In this document: one piece after another, positions 6,811 to 14,216 of the stretch
Numbering within the stretch: the first letter of the stretch is position 1
How the letters are laid out: every line of letters begins with the position of its first letter
Virus record (IMG/VR): IMGVR_UViG_3300045988_165035
Location: 1 to 50,366 of that record
Reading direction: 5' to 3' (one strand)
DNA length: 50,366 bases
Source: a virus
Notes under the pieces: model-generated
Told to the model about the DNA's origin: nothing
Database searches by the model: none
Seen by the model: only the letters and a program-made list of their open reading frames with translations
Made by a program: the position numbers and the translations under genes

Positions 6811-7408
6811 GAAGCCTCGGCGCCCGTACCACGAAAAACCCATCGGCTCCTTTGTCATGTTCTTAGACCAATGGGAAATCGATATGCTCAAGGGGCTTTT
6901 CACCGACACCGCTTTCGCAGTTGAAAGCAAGCTCCACCGTGGGACGATGACGCTCGACGATGTGCAAATGTTGCGTGATTACATCAACCTCTGCACCGCC
7001 CTCAGCATCACCGGCCATTTGATCGACCACGAGTTTTTCGAGGACAACACTCGCCGACAGTGGCAACGCCTGCAACAAGGATTTCACACGTTCTACCAGC
7101 GTTGCATCCACGAGAAGTGCTTTACCTGCACCGCCGAGGAACTGGACGCCATTCGCGAGGGCATCGTCATTGCCGACCGAATCTTTCAGCTTGAAATGTT
7201 TGGGGACGACGAAGTAAAAGGCGAGCCCATTTGGGTTTACAGCAACCTGCTTTATGTGAAGTACGTCACCGACGTTCCGAACAAGAAAACCGTCTCGGTA
7301 GATCTAACGCGACTGGAGCAGGAAATCCTGCGGGTTCGCCAAGGCCCTTACCGCCGAAAACTCAAGGCCATCTATCAAGCCCGATTAGGGAGAAGAAAAA
7401 ATGTTTGA
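6797..7408 (+). CDS. Hypothetical protein (203 aa)
   Basis: Long ORF with basic termini. No motif recognised. Confidence 0.7.
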   Translation: MGRNKKPRRPYHEKPIGSFVMFLDQWEIDMLKGLFTDTAFAVESKLHRGTMTLDDVQMLRDYINLCTALSITGHLIDHEFFEDNTRRQWQRLQQGFHTFYQRCIHEKCFTCTAEELDAIREGIVIADRIFQLEMFGDDEVKGEPIWVYSNLLYVKYVTDVPNKKTVSVDLTRLEQEILRVRQGPYRRKLKAIYQARLGRRKNV

Positions 7409-7625
7409 AGAGGCATTCATTCAATGGAAAGCACTGCTCGAAGACCTTTCGAAGGCGTTCGGGCGTAACGTATCGAAACGGCGCGTTCGGAGCTGGCAGA
7501 ACCGCGCCGCTAACGATAATCCGTTCCCGCTCGAAACCCGCCGACTCGGGAAACAGGGCGTTTTCTTTCGCGCCGACATCGAGAAGTGGATCAAGGCTGA
7601 ATTCCGCCTCCCGCGCGTTGCCTGA
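7401..7625 (+). CDS. AlpA/excisionase-like HTH protein (candidate Xis)
   Basis: NVSKRRVRSWQN...NPFPLETRRLGKQGVFFRADIEKWIK resembles MerR-type excisionase/AlpA domains. Confidence 0.5.
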   Translation: MFEEAFIQWKALLEDLSKAFGRNVSKRRVRSWQNRAANDNPFPLETRRLGKQGVFFRADIEKWIKAEFRLPRVA

Positions 7626-7664
7626 AATCACCTGGGAGCGCATTGCCCCCGGGAGGATCCCGTC

Positions 7665-7946
7665 ATGAACAGAGAAGAATTTATCGAAGAATTTAAGCGG
7701 CGGATGGAAACAAACTCACCGCTAAAAGATGTTTTTGTGGAAGTGTTTGTCGACTCCATCGACGACATTGTCGAACACCCGTCAAAGTGGAATAAAACTT
7801 TGATCGAAGAAGCCACCATTCTCGCCAATGTTGCGTTGCACTGGCCCGGAAAAATTGACGAATATTGGGTCGCCCTTGTCGCTATGTCCGCTAAAGCTTT
7901 TGTACGCGCGGAACCAAAGACCGCTCTACTGCGCAAACCCCGATGA
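7665..7946 (+). CDS. Hypothetical protein (93 aa)
   Basis: ATG preceded by GGGAGGA. Last gene of the rightward operon. Confidence 0.6.
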   Translation: MNREEFIEEFKRRMETNSPLKDVFVEVFVDSIDDIVEHPSKWNKTLIEEATILANVALHWPGKIDEYWVALVAMSAKAFVRAEPKTALLRKPR

Positions 7947-7974
7947 TCATCTTCGCGACGTCACGAAAATGATT

Positions 7975-7997
7975 CCCGTCGGCATTAAGTCGACGGG
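7975..7997. terminator. Hairpin between convergent genes (bidirectional terminator candidate)
   Basis: Stem cccgtcg/cgacggg (7 bp). T-rich sequence follows on both strands. Confidence 0.5.
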
Positions 7998-7998
7998 G

Positions 7999-8322
7999 TT
8001 ATTTCGAATTTTTCTTAACGGCTTCAACAGCTGTCAAAAGATGTTTGGCTAGCGCCTCTGCCGTTTTTACCGAGAGGTAGCACGTGGGATCGGCCCCTGC
8101 ATAAATACCGTCCCAACTAGGGCATTTGTCATGAATTGATAAAGTTATGGGACAATCAGGGCGTTGAATGACGCCGTATTCTTCGATTTTTTCCGGTGTT
8201 TGCGCAGCCACAAAAATCGTGCCATCCTCAGCATCTCCCTGTTTGTATTGCGTAATCATCACGAAATACAAATAATCTTTGTCATCAGCTGTTACGTCGC
8301 ACTTCGTTCGCATTGTGCCCAT
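7999..8322 (-). CDS. Hypothetical accessory protein (about 104-107 aa)
   Basis: ORF 7999..8400. The first 26 codons form a 17-bp hairpin, so ATG 8322 or ATG 8313 (AGGGGG upstream) is preferred. AT-richer than its flanks. Confidence 0.5.
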   Translation of the reverse strand: MGTMRTKCDVTADDKDYLYFVMITQYKQGDAEDGTIFVAAQTPEKIEEYGVIQRPDCPITLSIHDKCPSWDGIYAGADPTCYLSVKTAEALAKHLLTAVEAVKKNSK

Positions 8323-8351
8323 CCCCCTAAAATTGAAATGGCATATTTCAA

Positions 8352-8397
8352 CCCCGGCAACTGCTACAACCGTGTAGTACGTTGCCGGGGCTTTTTT
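8352..8397 (+). terminator. Strong plus-strand intrinsic terminator
   Basis: Stem ccccggcaac/gttgccgggg (10 bp) plus inner ctaca/tgtag, followed by C-TTTTTT. Confidence 0.65.
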
Positions 8398-8411
8398 CAT
8401 AGAAATTACGC

Positions 8412-8439
8412 GAGAAAACCCGCGACTTCAGTCGCGGGT
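8412..8439 (-). terminator. Minus-strand intrinsic terminator
   Basis: Stem acccgcgac/gtcgcgggt (9 bp), loop ttca. TTTTCTC follows on the minus strand. Confidence 0.6.
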
Positions 8440-8464
8440 GGAATCGCGTCCTCCTTTAAAAGTT

Positions 8465-8497
8465 AAAAAATCTTGGCAGGAACTCTCAAGTCCTGCC
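8465..8497 (-). terminator. Minus-strand intrinsic terminator
   Basis: Stem ggcagga/tcctgcc (7 bp). AAGATTTTTT follows on the minus strand. Confidence 0.55.
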
Positions 8498-8714
8498 CAC
8501 GACCTTTCGGTCGGTTGTAATCCTTCGCCCATGTTGAAAGGGGTTTCAGATACCCGCAACACCGCACCTACCTCTCAGCGCTTTTAATCACGGGCCGCAG
8601 AGCGCGGAACTAGGATTGACATCCCGCGGTGCCTATACATTCCCAACCAACGTAGTTCGGATTTCTCCTCACTGGGGCTAGTCAATCAAGGCTTGTTTTC
8701 ACAAGCCTCTGCCT

Positions 8715-8924
8715 TCAGGCAGGGGCGGTTGACTTCTGGGCAAGCAGTTTTTTTAACCATTTAGACCCGCCTAAAGTTTTGAATTTGTCGCGCTCTTCTT
8801 CGGTCAGGCTGACCAAAACGCGAACGGTTGGAGCTTTTAGGCGCGGCCTTCCGGCCCCGTCTCTCCGCCCGCCGTGGCCGCATGAAGGCCGCGGGGCGAA
8901 GTCGTTAGATTTCGACTTTGACAT
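8715..8924 (-). CDS. Small basic DNA-binding-like protein (69 aa)
   Basis: Internal ATG of ORF 8715..9110, overlapping the upstream stop by 20 nt. The motif GGRRDGAGRPRLK...VRVLVSLTEEERDKFKTLGG is common in small phage RHH-like proteins. Confidence 0.5.
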   Translation of the reverse strand: MSKSKSNDFAPRPSCGHGGRRDGAGRPRLKAPTVRVLVSLTEEERDKFKTLGGSKWLKKLLAQKSTAPA

Positions 8925-9204
8925 CGTCTTCGTCATCATTTTCCGCAAGACGCCAGAGACACGAGATGTAACACGGACCGCCTTCCAAGCACGCGTCAGG
9001 CAGTTCAGCTTCCAAAATAGCCGTCGCGGCATCGTCGGCTTTCTTCTGCAGTTCTTCCGCCGCCGCAACAGCATCCGAGTCGGACGCGAATTCGCCCAAC
9101 TCAACGTCATCAGCGTAACAAGACATCATCTTGCTTTCCAAGACTTCATCGTTGTACACGAATATGTCGGCATTTCGGATGGCGTTGCGGATTTCGTATC
9201 TCAT
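8905..9204 (-). CDS. Strongly acidic small protein (99 aa)
   Basis: AGGAG lies 7 nt upstream and a consensus promoter is just upstream. About a quarter of the residues are Asp/Glu (tail ENDDEDDVKVEI). Confidence 0.65.
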   Translation of the reverse strand: MRYEIRNAIRNADIFVYNDEVLESKMMSCYADDVELGEFASDSDAVAAAEELQKKADDAATAILEAELPDACLEGGPCYISCLWRLAENDDEDDVKVEI

Positions 9205-9247
9205 GATTTTCTCCTACTGACGGGCAGCCGCCCTTTACATAACTTGA

Positions 9248-9276
9248 ATTATATGCGCGTTTTTTCAAGTTGACAA
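9248..9276 (-). promoter_or_regulatory. Near-consensus sigma70-type promoter for the 8905..9204 / 8715..8924 operon
   Basis: The minus strand reads TTGTCA, 17 nt, TATAAT, about 40 nt upstream of ATG 9204. Confidence 0.7.
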
Positions 9277-9491
9277 GTGATTTGCTTGCAGTCTAACGTT
9301 TATTATTCGATCGAATTCGACCGAATTAAACACTAATCCATTGATTTAAGACAAGCGGGACCGTGGTCCCTTATAACTTCAATTTGCTTGCGCTCATTTG
9401 CAAGATTGATGGATTGTCACGGTTTCGCGCCCAGTGCCTTTACCCGTTCATTCATATAAAATTCACAATGATTTGTTCTCCGAGGGCTACC

Positions 9492-10043
9492 ATGTTTGAA
9501 CCTTCAACAAATGTCATCCTTGATTGCGCAAAATGGACGGGCACCGTCTATTGTGACGGAATCGCCTACAGTTGTCAGGTAACTGTTCCTCCGTCTCGCG
9601 GTGCGGAAACTTGGGAAGGATCGCTTTCTGTCATCAAGTGCGAAAAACCCGGTGGAGAAATCCTCATCGAGGAAAAAATCATCTGCAATCGACGTTTTTT
9701 GGATGAATACATCATTCGGCTTTTGATTGAAGGCAGAACGGGAAAGCTCGTCCCCGGAAAGGTCTTGACTTCGAGAATGAATTTTCTCACCTGGACAGGC
9801 ACCGGCGCAGATTATTTTCCCGGACAGGATGGACGTATCGAAAAGGGCGAAGATCATCCGTTTAAGATTTCGGTCAACATTGAGGTGTCGCTTTCCATGC
9901 CTTCGATGGTTATCTACTCGTCCAAAGGCGATGAGATTTGCAGAATTCCCGTTCCATTGGAAATAGAAGAGGCGACTTATTCAGCACGTGTTCGCGAAGT
10001 CGCCCTGATCGCGTTTGAGAAATTCCGCAATATGAAAAAATAG
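9492..10043 (+). CDS. Hypothetical accessory protein (183 aa) next to the integrase
   Basis: Internal ATG of ORF 9363..10043 with GAGGG 6 nt upstream. AT-rich surroundings. Ends at a shared terminator. Confidence 0.6.
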   Translation: MFEPSTNVILDCAKWTGTVYCDGIAYSCQVTVPPSRGAETWEGSLSVIKCEKPGGEILIEEKIICNRRFLDEYIIRLLIEGRTGKLVPGKVLTSRMNFLTWTGTGADYFPGQDGRIEKGEDHPFKISVNIEVSLSMPSMVIYSSKGDEICRIPVPLEIEEATYSARVREVALIAFEKFRNMKK

Positions 10044-10051
10044 CCTCCAAG

Positions 10052-10080
10052 AAAATGCCTCAACGTTCGGAGGCATTTTT
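10052..10080. terminator. Bidirectional intrinsic terminator between convergent genes
   Basis: Stem aaaatgcctc/gaggcatttt (10 bp perfect), loop aacgttcg, flanked by A and T runs. Confidence 0.75.
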
Positions 10081-10082
10081 CA

Positions 10083-11393
10083 TTAGAAGCACTTGAACTT
10101 GTCGCCGTAGATTTTTTCCAATTCCGGCACATTCCGAACCTGCTGTTTCGGCGTAGCCCCGAGTGTCTTCTTCAGAACATCCATCGGCAAAAGCGCATCT
10201 GCCCACCGCTGCATCAGCTCCCGCCGTTGCTCCAACAAGTCGCTGCGCTGATACGCTCGAACAACCGCCGACGGATTTTCGTGCATCATCTGATATTCCG
10301 CCGCCGTGGTGTTCTGTCCGGTCTCTTCCGCCCAAACGCGGAAGGTACTACGGAAACCGTGGATGGTGGCTTTCATGGGCGCCGCACGTTTTACAGCAGT
10401 TAACACTGAGTCTCGGTGTATGGCGCGGTCGTCATACAACACCGAAGGAAAGACAAAAGTCCTATCAGGATATGCAGTCTTCATAGCGTACAAGATAAGC
10501 ATCGCTTGATTGCTTAATGGAACACGGTGAGGATAATCCCGGAATGTCTTTCGCCTTTCCGGCGGAACTAAAAATATTTTTTTCTCGAAGTCGATTTCTG
10601 ACCACTTCGCTTGCAAAAACTCGTTAGCTCTCAGTGCTACTAATGCACCAAACGCTGCAGCAATCCCACTGACGTTTCCGCTCTCGAGTAATTTTTGGAC
10701 AGTGATGCGGCAATTCTCAAAATCAAGCGCTGCATAATGCTCAACACTATGGATCCTTGCACTCGGCGCCAAAATAAAATCGAGATTTCCGCGGAACGTA
10801 GCCGGGTTTGCTCCATGATAATCACCCGTGAAAATCGCATGAGCAAAGATGCGCTCCAACATTTGCCGAAGGGATACAGCAGTAGGCGTCTTTGTATGCC
10901 ATATCGGTTTAAGTACTTCTGCGACTTCATCCCTTCCGATTAGGTTGATCGGCAAATTTGCAAATGCCGGCATAGCGTAGGTATTAACGACACGCCACCA
11001 ACCTTTCTCGCTTTTGGCATTTTTCCATTTTCTAACCTCTTTTGCAGCAGGGATTGCCTCAGCGCACACATCCGAAAAGGTTTTCTCCTGTTTCACTTGC
11101 GCCTGGCGCTTATTCTTTTCAACCTTGCCGATCAGTTCTTTTCCTTCGGCCAATTCAGCTCGGCATCGATTAGCTTCCGCTTTCGCTTGCTGAATAGTCA
11201 GATCGAAAGCACTCCCCAACCCGATTTCTTTACGCTTTCCGTTTTTTTGGAATCGGAAAACGAAAGAGCGCTTATTTCCCTGCACGCGGAGATATAAACA
11301 GGGCGCGACGGTATGAATTCCGTCGCCCAGAGTCGTGACTTCTCTCTGCGTTACCGGTTTCTTTGACCCTCGTTTGGCTTTTTCGGTATCCAT
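10083..11393 (-). CDS. int: Tyrosine integrase, P4-type (DUF4102 N-terminal arm-binding domain)
   Basis: The N-terminus LYLRVQGNKRSFVFRFQKNGKRKEIGLG is typical of DUF4102. The catalytic region has ALRANEF, HGFRSTF and VVRAYQRSD (R..HxxR..Y). Confidence 0.9.
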   Translation of the reverse strand: MDTEKAKRGSKKPVTQREVTTLGDGIHTVAPCLYLRVQGNKRSFVFRFQKNGKRKEIGLGSAFDLTIQQAKAEANRCRAELAEGKELIGKVEKNKRQAQVKQEKTFSDVCAEAIPAAKEVRKWKNAKSEKGWWRVVNTYAMPAFANLPINLIGRDEVAEVLKPIWHTKTPTAVSLRQMLERIFAHAIFTGDYHGANPATFRGNLDFILAPSARIHSVEHYAALDFENCRITVQKLLESGNVSGIAAAFGALVALRANEFLQAKWSEIDFEKKIFLVPPERRKTFRDYPHRVPLSNQAMLILYAMKTAYPDRTFVFPSVLYDDRAIHRDSVLTAVKRAAPMKATIHGFRSTFRVWAEETGQNTTAAEYQMMHENPSAVVRAYQRSDLLEQRRELMQRWADALLPMDVLKKTLGATPKQQVRNVPELEKIYGDKFKCF

Positions 11394-11413
11394 GAGCGTC
11401 CCTCTTTTTCATA

Positions 11414-11658
11414 CACGTTTTCACACATCGCGTGTGTGTACTGCGGTACGTTTTCTACCGCTTACTGCACACTTTCGACAAGAAGTATAAAAGAGGGGCG
11501 GAACACGGCGCCCATAATTGCACGTTTTCTACCGCGTTCGGTTCACTACTGAAAGAAATCAGTAAGGCTACCTGTCCGAATGTGCCCATCTCACGTATTT
11601 GTTAAATTTCAAACGACTTTATGTAGATTCAGTTTTGTTCACACATCTTTTCACACAT
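11414..11658. repeat. attP-like region with arm-type direct repeats
   Basis: ACGTTTTCTACCGC occurs twice (11448, 11522). (T)TTCACACAT occurs three times (11418, 11638, 11648). ACGTTTTC is also at 11415. Inverted repeat cacaca/tgtgtg at 11422-11438. The region is ORF-free and upstream of int. Confidence 0.55.
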
Positions 11659-11713
11659 GATGCTTATACTGTGGACGTTTCGGGATTCTCCGTCACCGAA
11701 ACAAAAAAGGATC

Positions 11714-11753
11714 GGGCGGCAGGGTTCCTCTCCAAACCCTACCGCCCTTTTCT
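11714..11753. terminator. Hairpin terminator at the end of the late/lysis operon
   Basis: Stem gggcggCagggtt/aaccctAccgccc (6+6 bp). TTTTCTT follows on the plus strand and a T run lies 5 nt after it on the minus strand. Confidence 0.55.
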
Positions 11754-12190
11754 TATCTCAGTTTTCTTAACGCTTCTCGGTCTGCGTTAAATCTTCCGAC
11801 CAATCCGCCGCTTTCTTCAAGTAAGCCTGCACCCTCATCAAGTAATCGGAGACAATCGCTGACTTGTCGCTGACAAGACTTGCAGGTACCGGTGCCGGTT
11901 CCGGACATTCCACTACTCCCGGCGGCGACGCGCAAGCGCTCAACATCACCGCGCATAGCACCAAGAGAAAGCTCAAGCCGATCAATTTCAGCCTGTTTTG
12001 CGTCTGACGCTTCCGCCAATCGTTCCGCATACTGTCGCTCCTTCGACCTCAAGTCGGCCTGGTACTTTTCAGCCGCTGAGGTATATTCGGCTTTCACGTC
12101 CGCCAGTTCCGCACGGTAGTAAAGCCCTGAAACAAAAGCGCCCGCGAAGAAACACCCCGCGAGCGCAACAATCTGAAAATCTATCCTCAT
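11753..12190 (-). CDS. Rz-like inner-membrane spanin (i-spanin)
   Basis: ATGA overlap with the endolysin stop. N-terminal TM segment IVALAGCFFAGAFVSGLYY followed by charged coiled-coil sequence. Confidence 0.75.
   Translation of the reverse strand: MRIDFQIVALAGCFFAGAFVSGLYYRAELADVKAEYTSAAEKYQADLRSKERQYAERLAEASDAKQAEIDRLELSLGAMRGDVERLRVAAGSSGMSGTGTGTCKSCQRQVSDCLRLLDEGAGLLEESGGLVGRFNADREALRKLR
11767..12030 (-). CDS. Rz1-like outer-membrane lipoprotein spanin (o-spanin), fully embedded in the i-spanin gene in another frame
   Basis: Signal peptide with lipobox LSAC (LIGLSFLLVLCAVMLSAC) followed by the Pro-rich segment SPPGVVECPEPAPVP. Confidence 0.7.
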   Translation of the reverse strand: MRNDWRKRQTQNRLKLIGLSFLLVLCAVMLSACASPPGVVECPEPAPVPASLVSDKSAIVSDYLMRVQAYLKKAADWSEDLTQTEKR

Positions 12191-12723
12191 GACAAAAAGG
12201 CCTCCGATTCTGCCTTGCGGCGATTCGTCAAGCCTTTGCATTCAACCAGCCGCTTTACCTTTTCGCCGTTCACCGTTTCATACTTGGAGACTTTGTTCCA
12301 CAGAAGGAACGCCCTGGCGGCGGCCTCAGGCTTTCCGGCGTTTAAGAATTTAACAACGGAGGATCCTGCGGCATTGTGGGCGCCGACGTTAAAAGCGAAG
12401 GACAGAAGCCCGATAAACTCGCCGTGACTGACAGGCACCTTTACCGCCGGCCCTAATTCGCGTGCCGTCCGTTCGAGATCAAGCGTCAAATATCGGTCAG
12501 CCTGATCTGCGTCAATTCGCGTCCCCTGCTGCACCCCGCGCGTATGACCATATCCGATAGTCGGTATCCCTGCGGGACACAGATACGCCTCCAAGCGCAT
12601 CCCCTCGAATTTCTTCACCAATGCCGCGGCAATCAGCGGCTCCCATTTATCAAAGTTGCGTTTTTCAGCCATAAAAAAAAGGAGCGCCCCTCGGCGCCCC
12701 CTCCGTTTCGTAACGTTGGTCAC
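12187..12723 (-). CDS. GH24 (T4/lambda-type) lysozyme endolysin
   Basis: FEGMRLEAYLCPAGIPTIGYGHT fits the E-x8-(D/C)-x5-T catalytic pattern. The start is ambiguous: GTG 12723, or ATG 12672 just after a hairpin plus T8. Confidence 0.85.
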   Translation of the reverse strand: MTNVTKRRGRRGALLFFMAEKRNFDKWEPLIAAALVKKFEGMRLEAYLCPAGIPTIGYGHTRGVQQGTRIDADQADRYLTLDLERTARELGPAVKVPVSHGEFIGLLSFAFNVGAHNAAGSSVVKFLNAGKPEAAARAFLLWNKVSKYETVNGEKVKRLVECKGLTNRRKAESEAFLS

Positions 12724-12923
12724 TACTTCGCGGCTTCATGTGCGACTTTCCACGCTTCATGCGCGGCGTTAATAGCGCACCACGCATCCTTCAGCGTATG
12801 CACGTCCGTCGAGCTAAAGTAGCCGCCGTTACCCTCAGCATCATCGAGAATTTCGTCGACTTTCTTCGAAAGGTGGTCAATCGTACGCTCAGCCTGAAGC
12901 TTCACGTATTCCTTTGTGTCCAT
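12723..12923 (-). CDS. Hypothetical protein (66 aa)
   Basis: ORF in the lysis cassette. No motif. Confidence 0.55.
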   Translation of the reverse strand: MDTKEYVKLQAERTIDHLSKKVDEILDDAEGNGGYFSSTDVHTLKDAWCAINAAHEAWKVAHEAAK

Positions 12924-12925
12924 AT

Positions 12926-13261
12926 CTAGCTCCCGTATCGTTTCATGATTTCCTGCAACTTATCAAAGTCTTCCCGATCAGGTTTGTACCCCATAACGCT
13001 CAGGGGCGCTTTTTCAAGCGCTTCGACCGCAATATCGTGCAAGAGATCTATATCAATCATGTTTTCCGCGTCAATAATCCCCGCGGCTTTCGCCAAAGGT
13101 GCGTAGGCTTCGATAATCTTCGGAGCGTTTCGCGACACCAGCCCGCCGACAAACGCCGCAAAAAACGGCGTATTGCTTCCCGCCTTTTGAGCGGCGGGAA
13201 GCACGACAGACTGGAAAAACTCAGCGACAACCTGCGGAGCATTCCCAATCGGCATCCTCAT
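12926..13261 (-). CDS. Hypothetical protein (111 aa)
   Basis: ORF in the lysis cassette. No motif. Confidence 0.55.
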   Translation of the reverse strand: MRMPIGNAPQVVAEFFQSVVLPAAQKAGSNTPFFAAFVGGLVSRNAPKIIEAYAPLAKAAGIIDAENMIDIDLLHDIAVEALEKAPLSVMGYKPDREDFDKLQEIMKRYGS

Positions 13262-13264
13262 AGA

Positions 13265-13906
13265 CTACCCCTGAACGCGAATGGTTCCGGAAACAGGCTG
13301 GGTTGCTGGAGCAACATCAGTCGTCGCCGGCGCCTGCCACGCGTTGTAACGCGGCATAACCGGAGGACAGATGACAGACTGCGGGATGATCGTCTGCGTA
13401 ATGCCGTTGACAGTGTTCTGCAGCGACGCAACCGCGTTGTTGAGCTGAGCGATACCGCACCCGCATGTCTGCGCAACGTTGTCAATCTTTGCGCCGAGTT
13501 CGGAACGCACCAACTTTTCGCGGAGATCAGCGATTTCTACGTTGCTCTTCATCTGGGATTCGAGCACGGCGACGCGTTCGCGGTTGCTCGCGGATTCCTG
13601 AGAGAGTGGCTTAATGTAGTCCATCAGACGGTTTTCGAGCTTCTCGTTTTCAGAACGCGTCGCCTGATAAAGCGTCGTGTCCTGATTGTCCGAGTACTTC
13701 TGCGCCGTCAGTTCGGCAATCTTGGCGTCCTTTTCAGCAATGACGCCCAAGGCTGCCATCTGCGGTGCGCAGTTATTACCGCCGAGGATATTTCCCAAAA
13801 TTCCACCACCGTTGGTAGAACCCTGAAGCAGAGCGGCGGACAAACCGCCTATCGCGAGACCAAGGGCGCTACCAGCCATGCCCTTAGAAGCAAATTCACC
13901 TGACAT
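13265..13906 (-). CDS. Gly-rich / coiled-coil protein of unknown function (213 aa)
   Basis: The second ATG has AGGAG 7 nt upstream. N-terminal Gly-zipper-like segment GMAGSALGLAIGGLSAALLQG...GGGILGNILGGNN, then heptad-like sequence. Confidence 0.65.
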   Translation of the reverse strand: MSGEFASKGMAGSALGLAIGGLSAALLQGSTNGGGILGNILGGNNCAPQMAALGVIAEKDAKIAELTAQKYSDNQDTTLYQATRSENEKLENRLMDYIKPLSQESASNRERVAVLESQMKSNVEIADLREKLVRSELGAKIDNVAQTCGCGIAQLNNAVASLQNTVNGITQTIIPQSVICPPVMPRYNAWQAPATTDVAPATQPVSGTIRVQG

Positions 13907-13971
13907 AGCATTCTCCTGTGCTATGAAGCTCAAAGGCTTAGGTGTTGCGCTCAGTTGGCGCTAGTGTGGAC

Positions 13972-14202
13972 TCAAAGGTCTGAAAGAGGTGCGCCGCTCG
14001 GCGCTTTGACTGGATTCGATGCAGGAGCAGAACTGTCCTGCGATGCACTGATTTTACCATAAAATGAAAGGTTTATGAAGGTAAAACTTTTGCACCGCGG
14101 GCATTGAACCCGCAACCGCCCTCCCGGCGCAGATTCCACGTCAACGTCAAAAAACCGGCGCCCGCAACGCGGGCAAACGGCGCGTTCAAACTTCTCTTCC
14201 AT
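13972..14202 (-). CDS. Mu Com-like zinc-ribbon protein
   Basis: CPRCGRRFFDV...RLRVQCPRCKSF parallels Mu Com C-x2-C...C-P-R-C-K. GGAG lies upstream. Confidence 0.6.
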   Translation of the reverse strand: MEEKFERAVCPRCGRRFFDVDVESAPGGRLRVQCPRCKSFTFINLSFYGKISASQDSSAPASNPVKAPSGAPLSDL

Positions 14203-14216
14203 ATTTTTTCTCCGTC

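Noticed and set aside
8527-8560. tRNA-like anticodon stem-loop on the minus strand (cgggt-ATCTGAA-acccc, anticodon CUG).
   Set aside because: The stem has only 4 bp. No acceptor, D or T arms (no GTTCRAnYC) can be drawn around it. It is not a tRNA.
8728-8757. Second copy of GTTGACTTCTGG (identical 12-mer to the -35 region at 621-632), suggesting a plus-strand promoter antisense to the basic and acidic gene pair.
   Set aside because: The downstream -10 candidates (TTTAAC/TAACCA) are poor. The operator 8-mers are absent. It lies inside a coding region. It is kept only as a curiosity.
12672-12723. N-terminal extension of the endolysin (MTNVTKRRGRRGALLFF) as a possible signal or SAR anchor.
   Set aside because: It is too short and too basic, and is not a Gly/Ala-rich weak TM helix. 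The DNA forms a hairpin plus T8, so it is more likely a non-coding regulatory structure.
12914-13903. 329-aa plus-strand ORF antisense to the lysis-cassette genes.
   Set aside because: It is Arg-rich and crosses three minus-strand gene boundaries with no motif. It is a shadow ORF. The same reasoning applies to 30522..31247, 31440..31967, 34177..34827 and 38356..38991.
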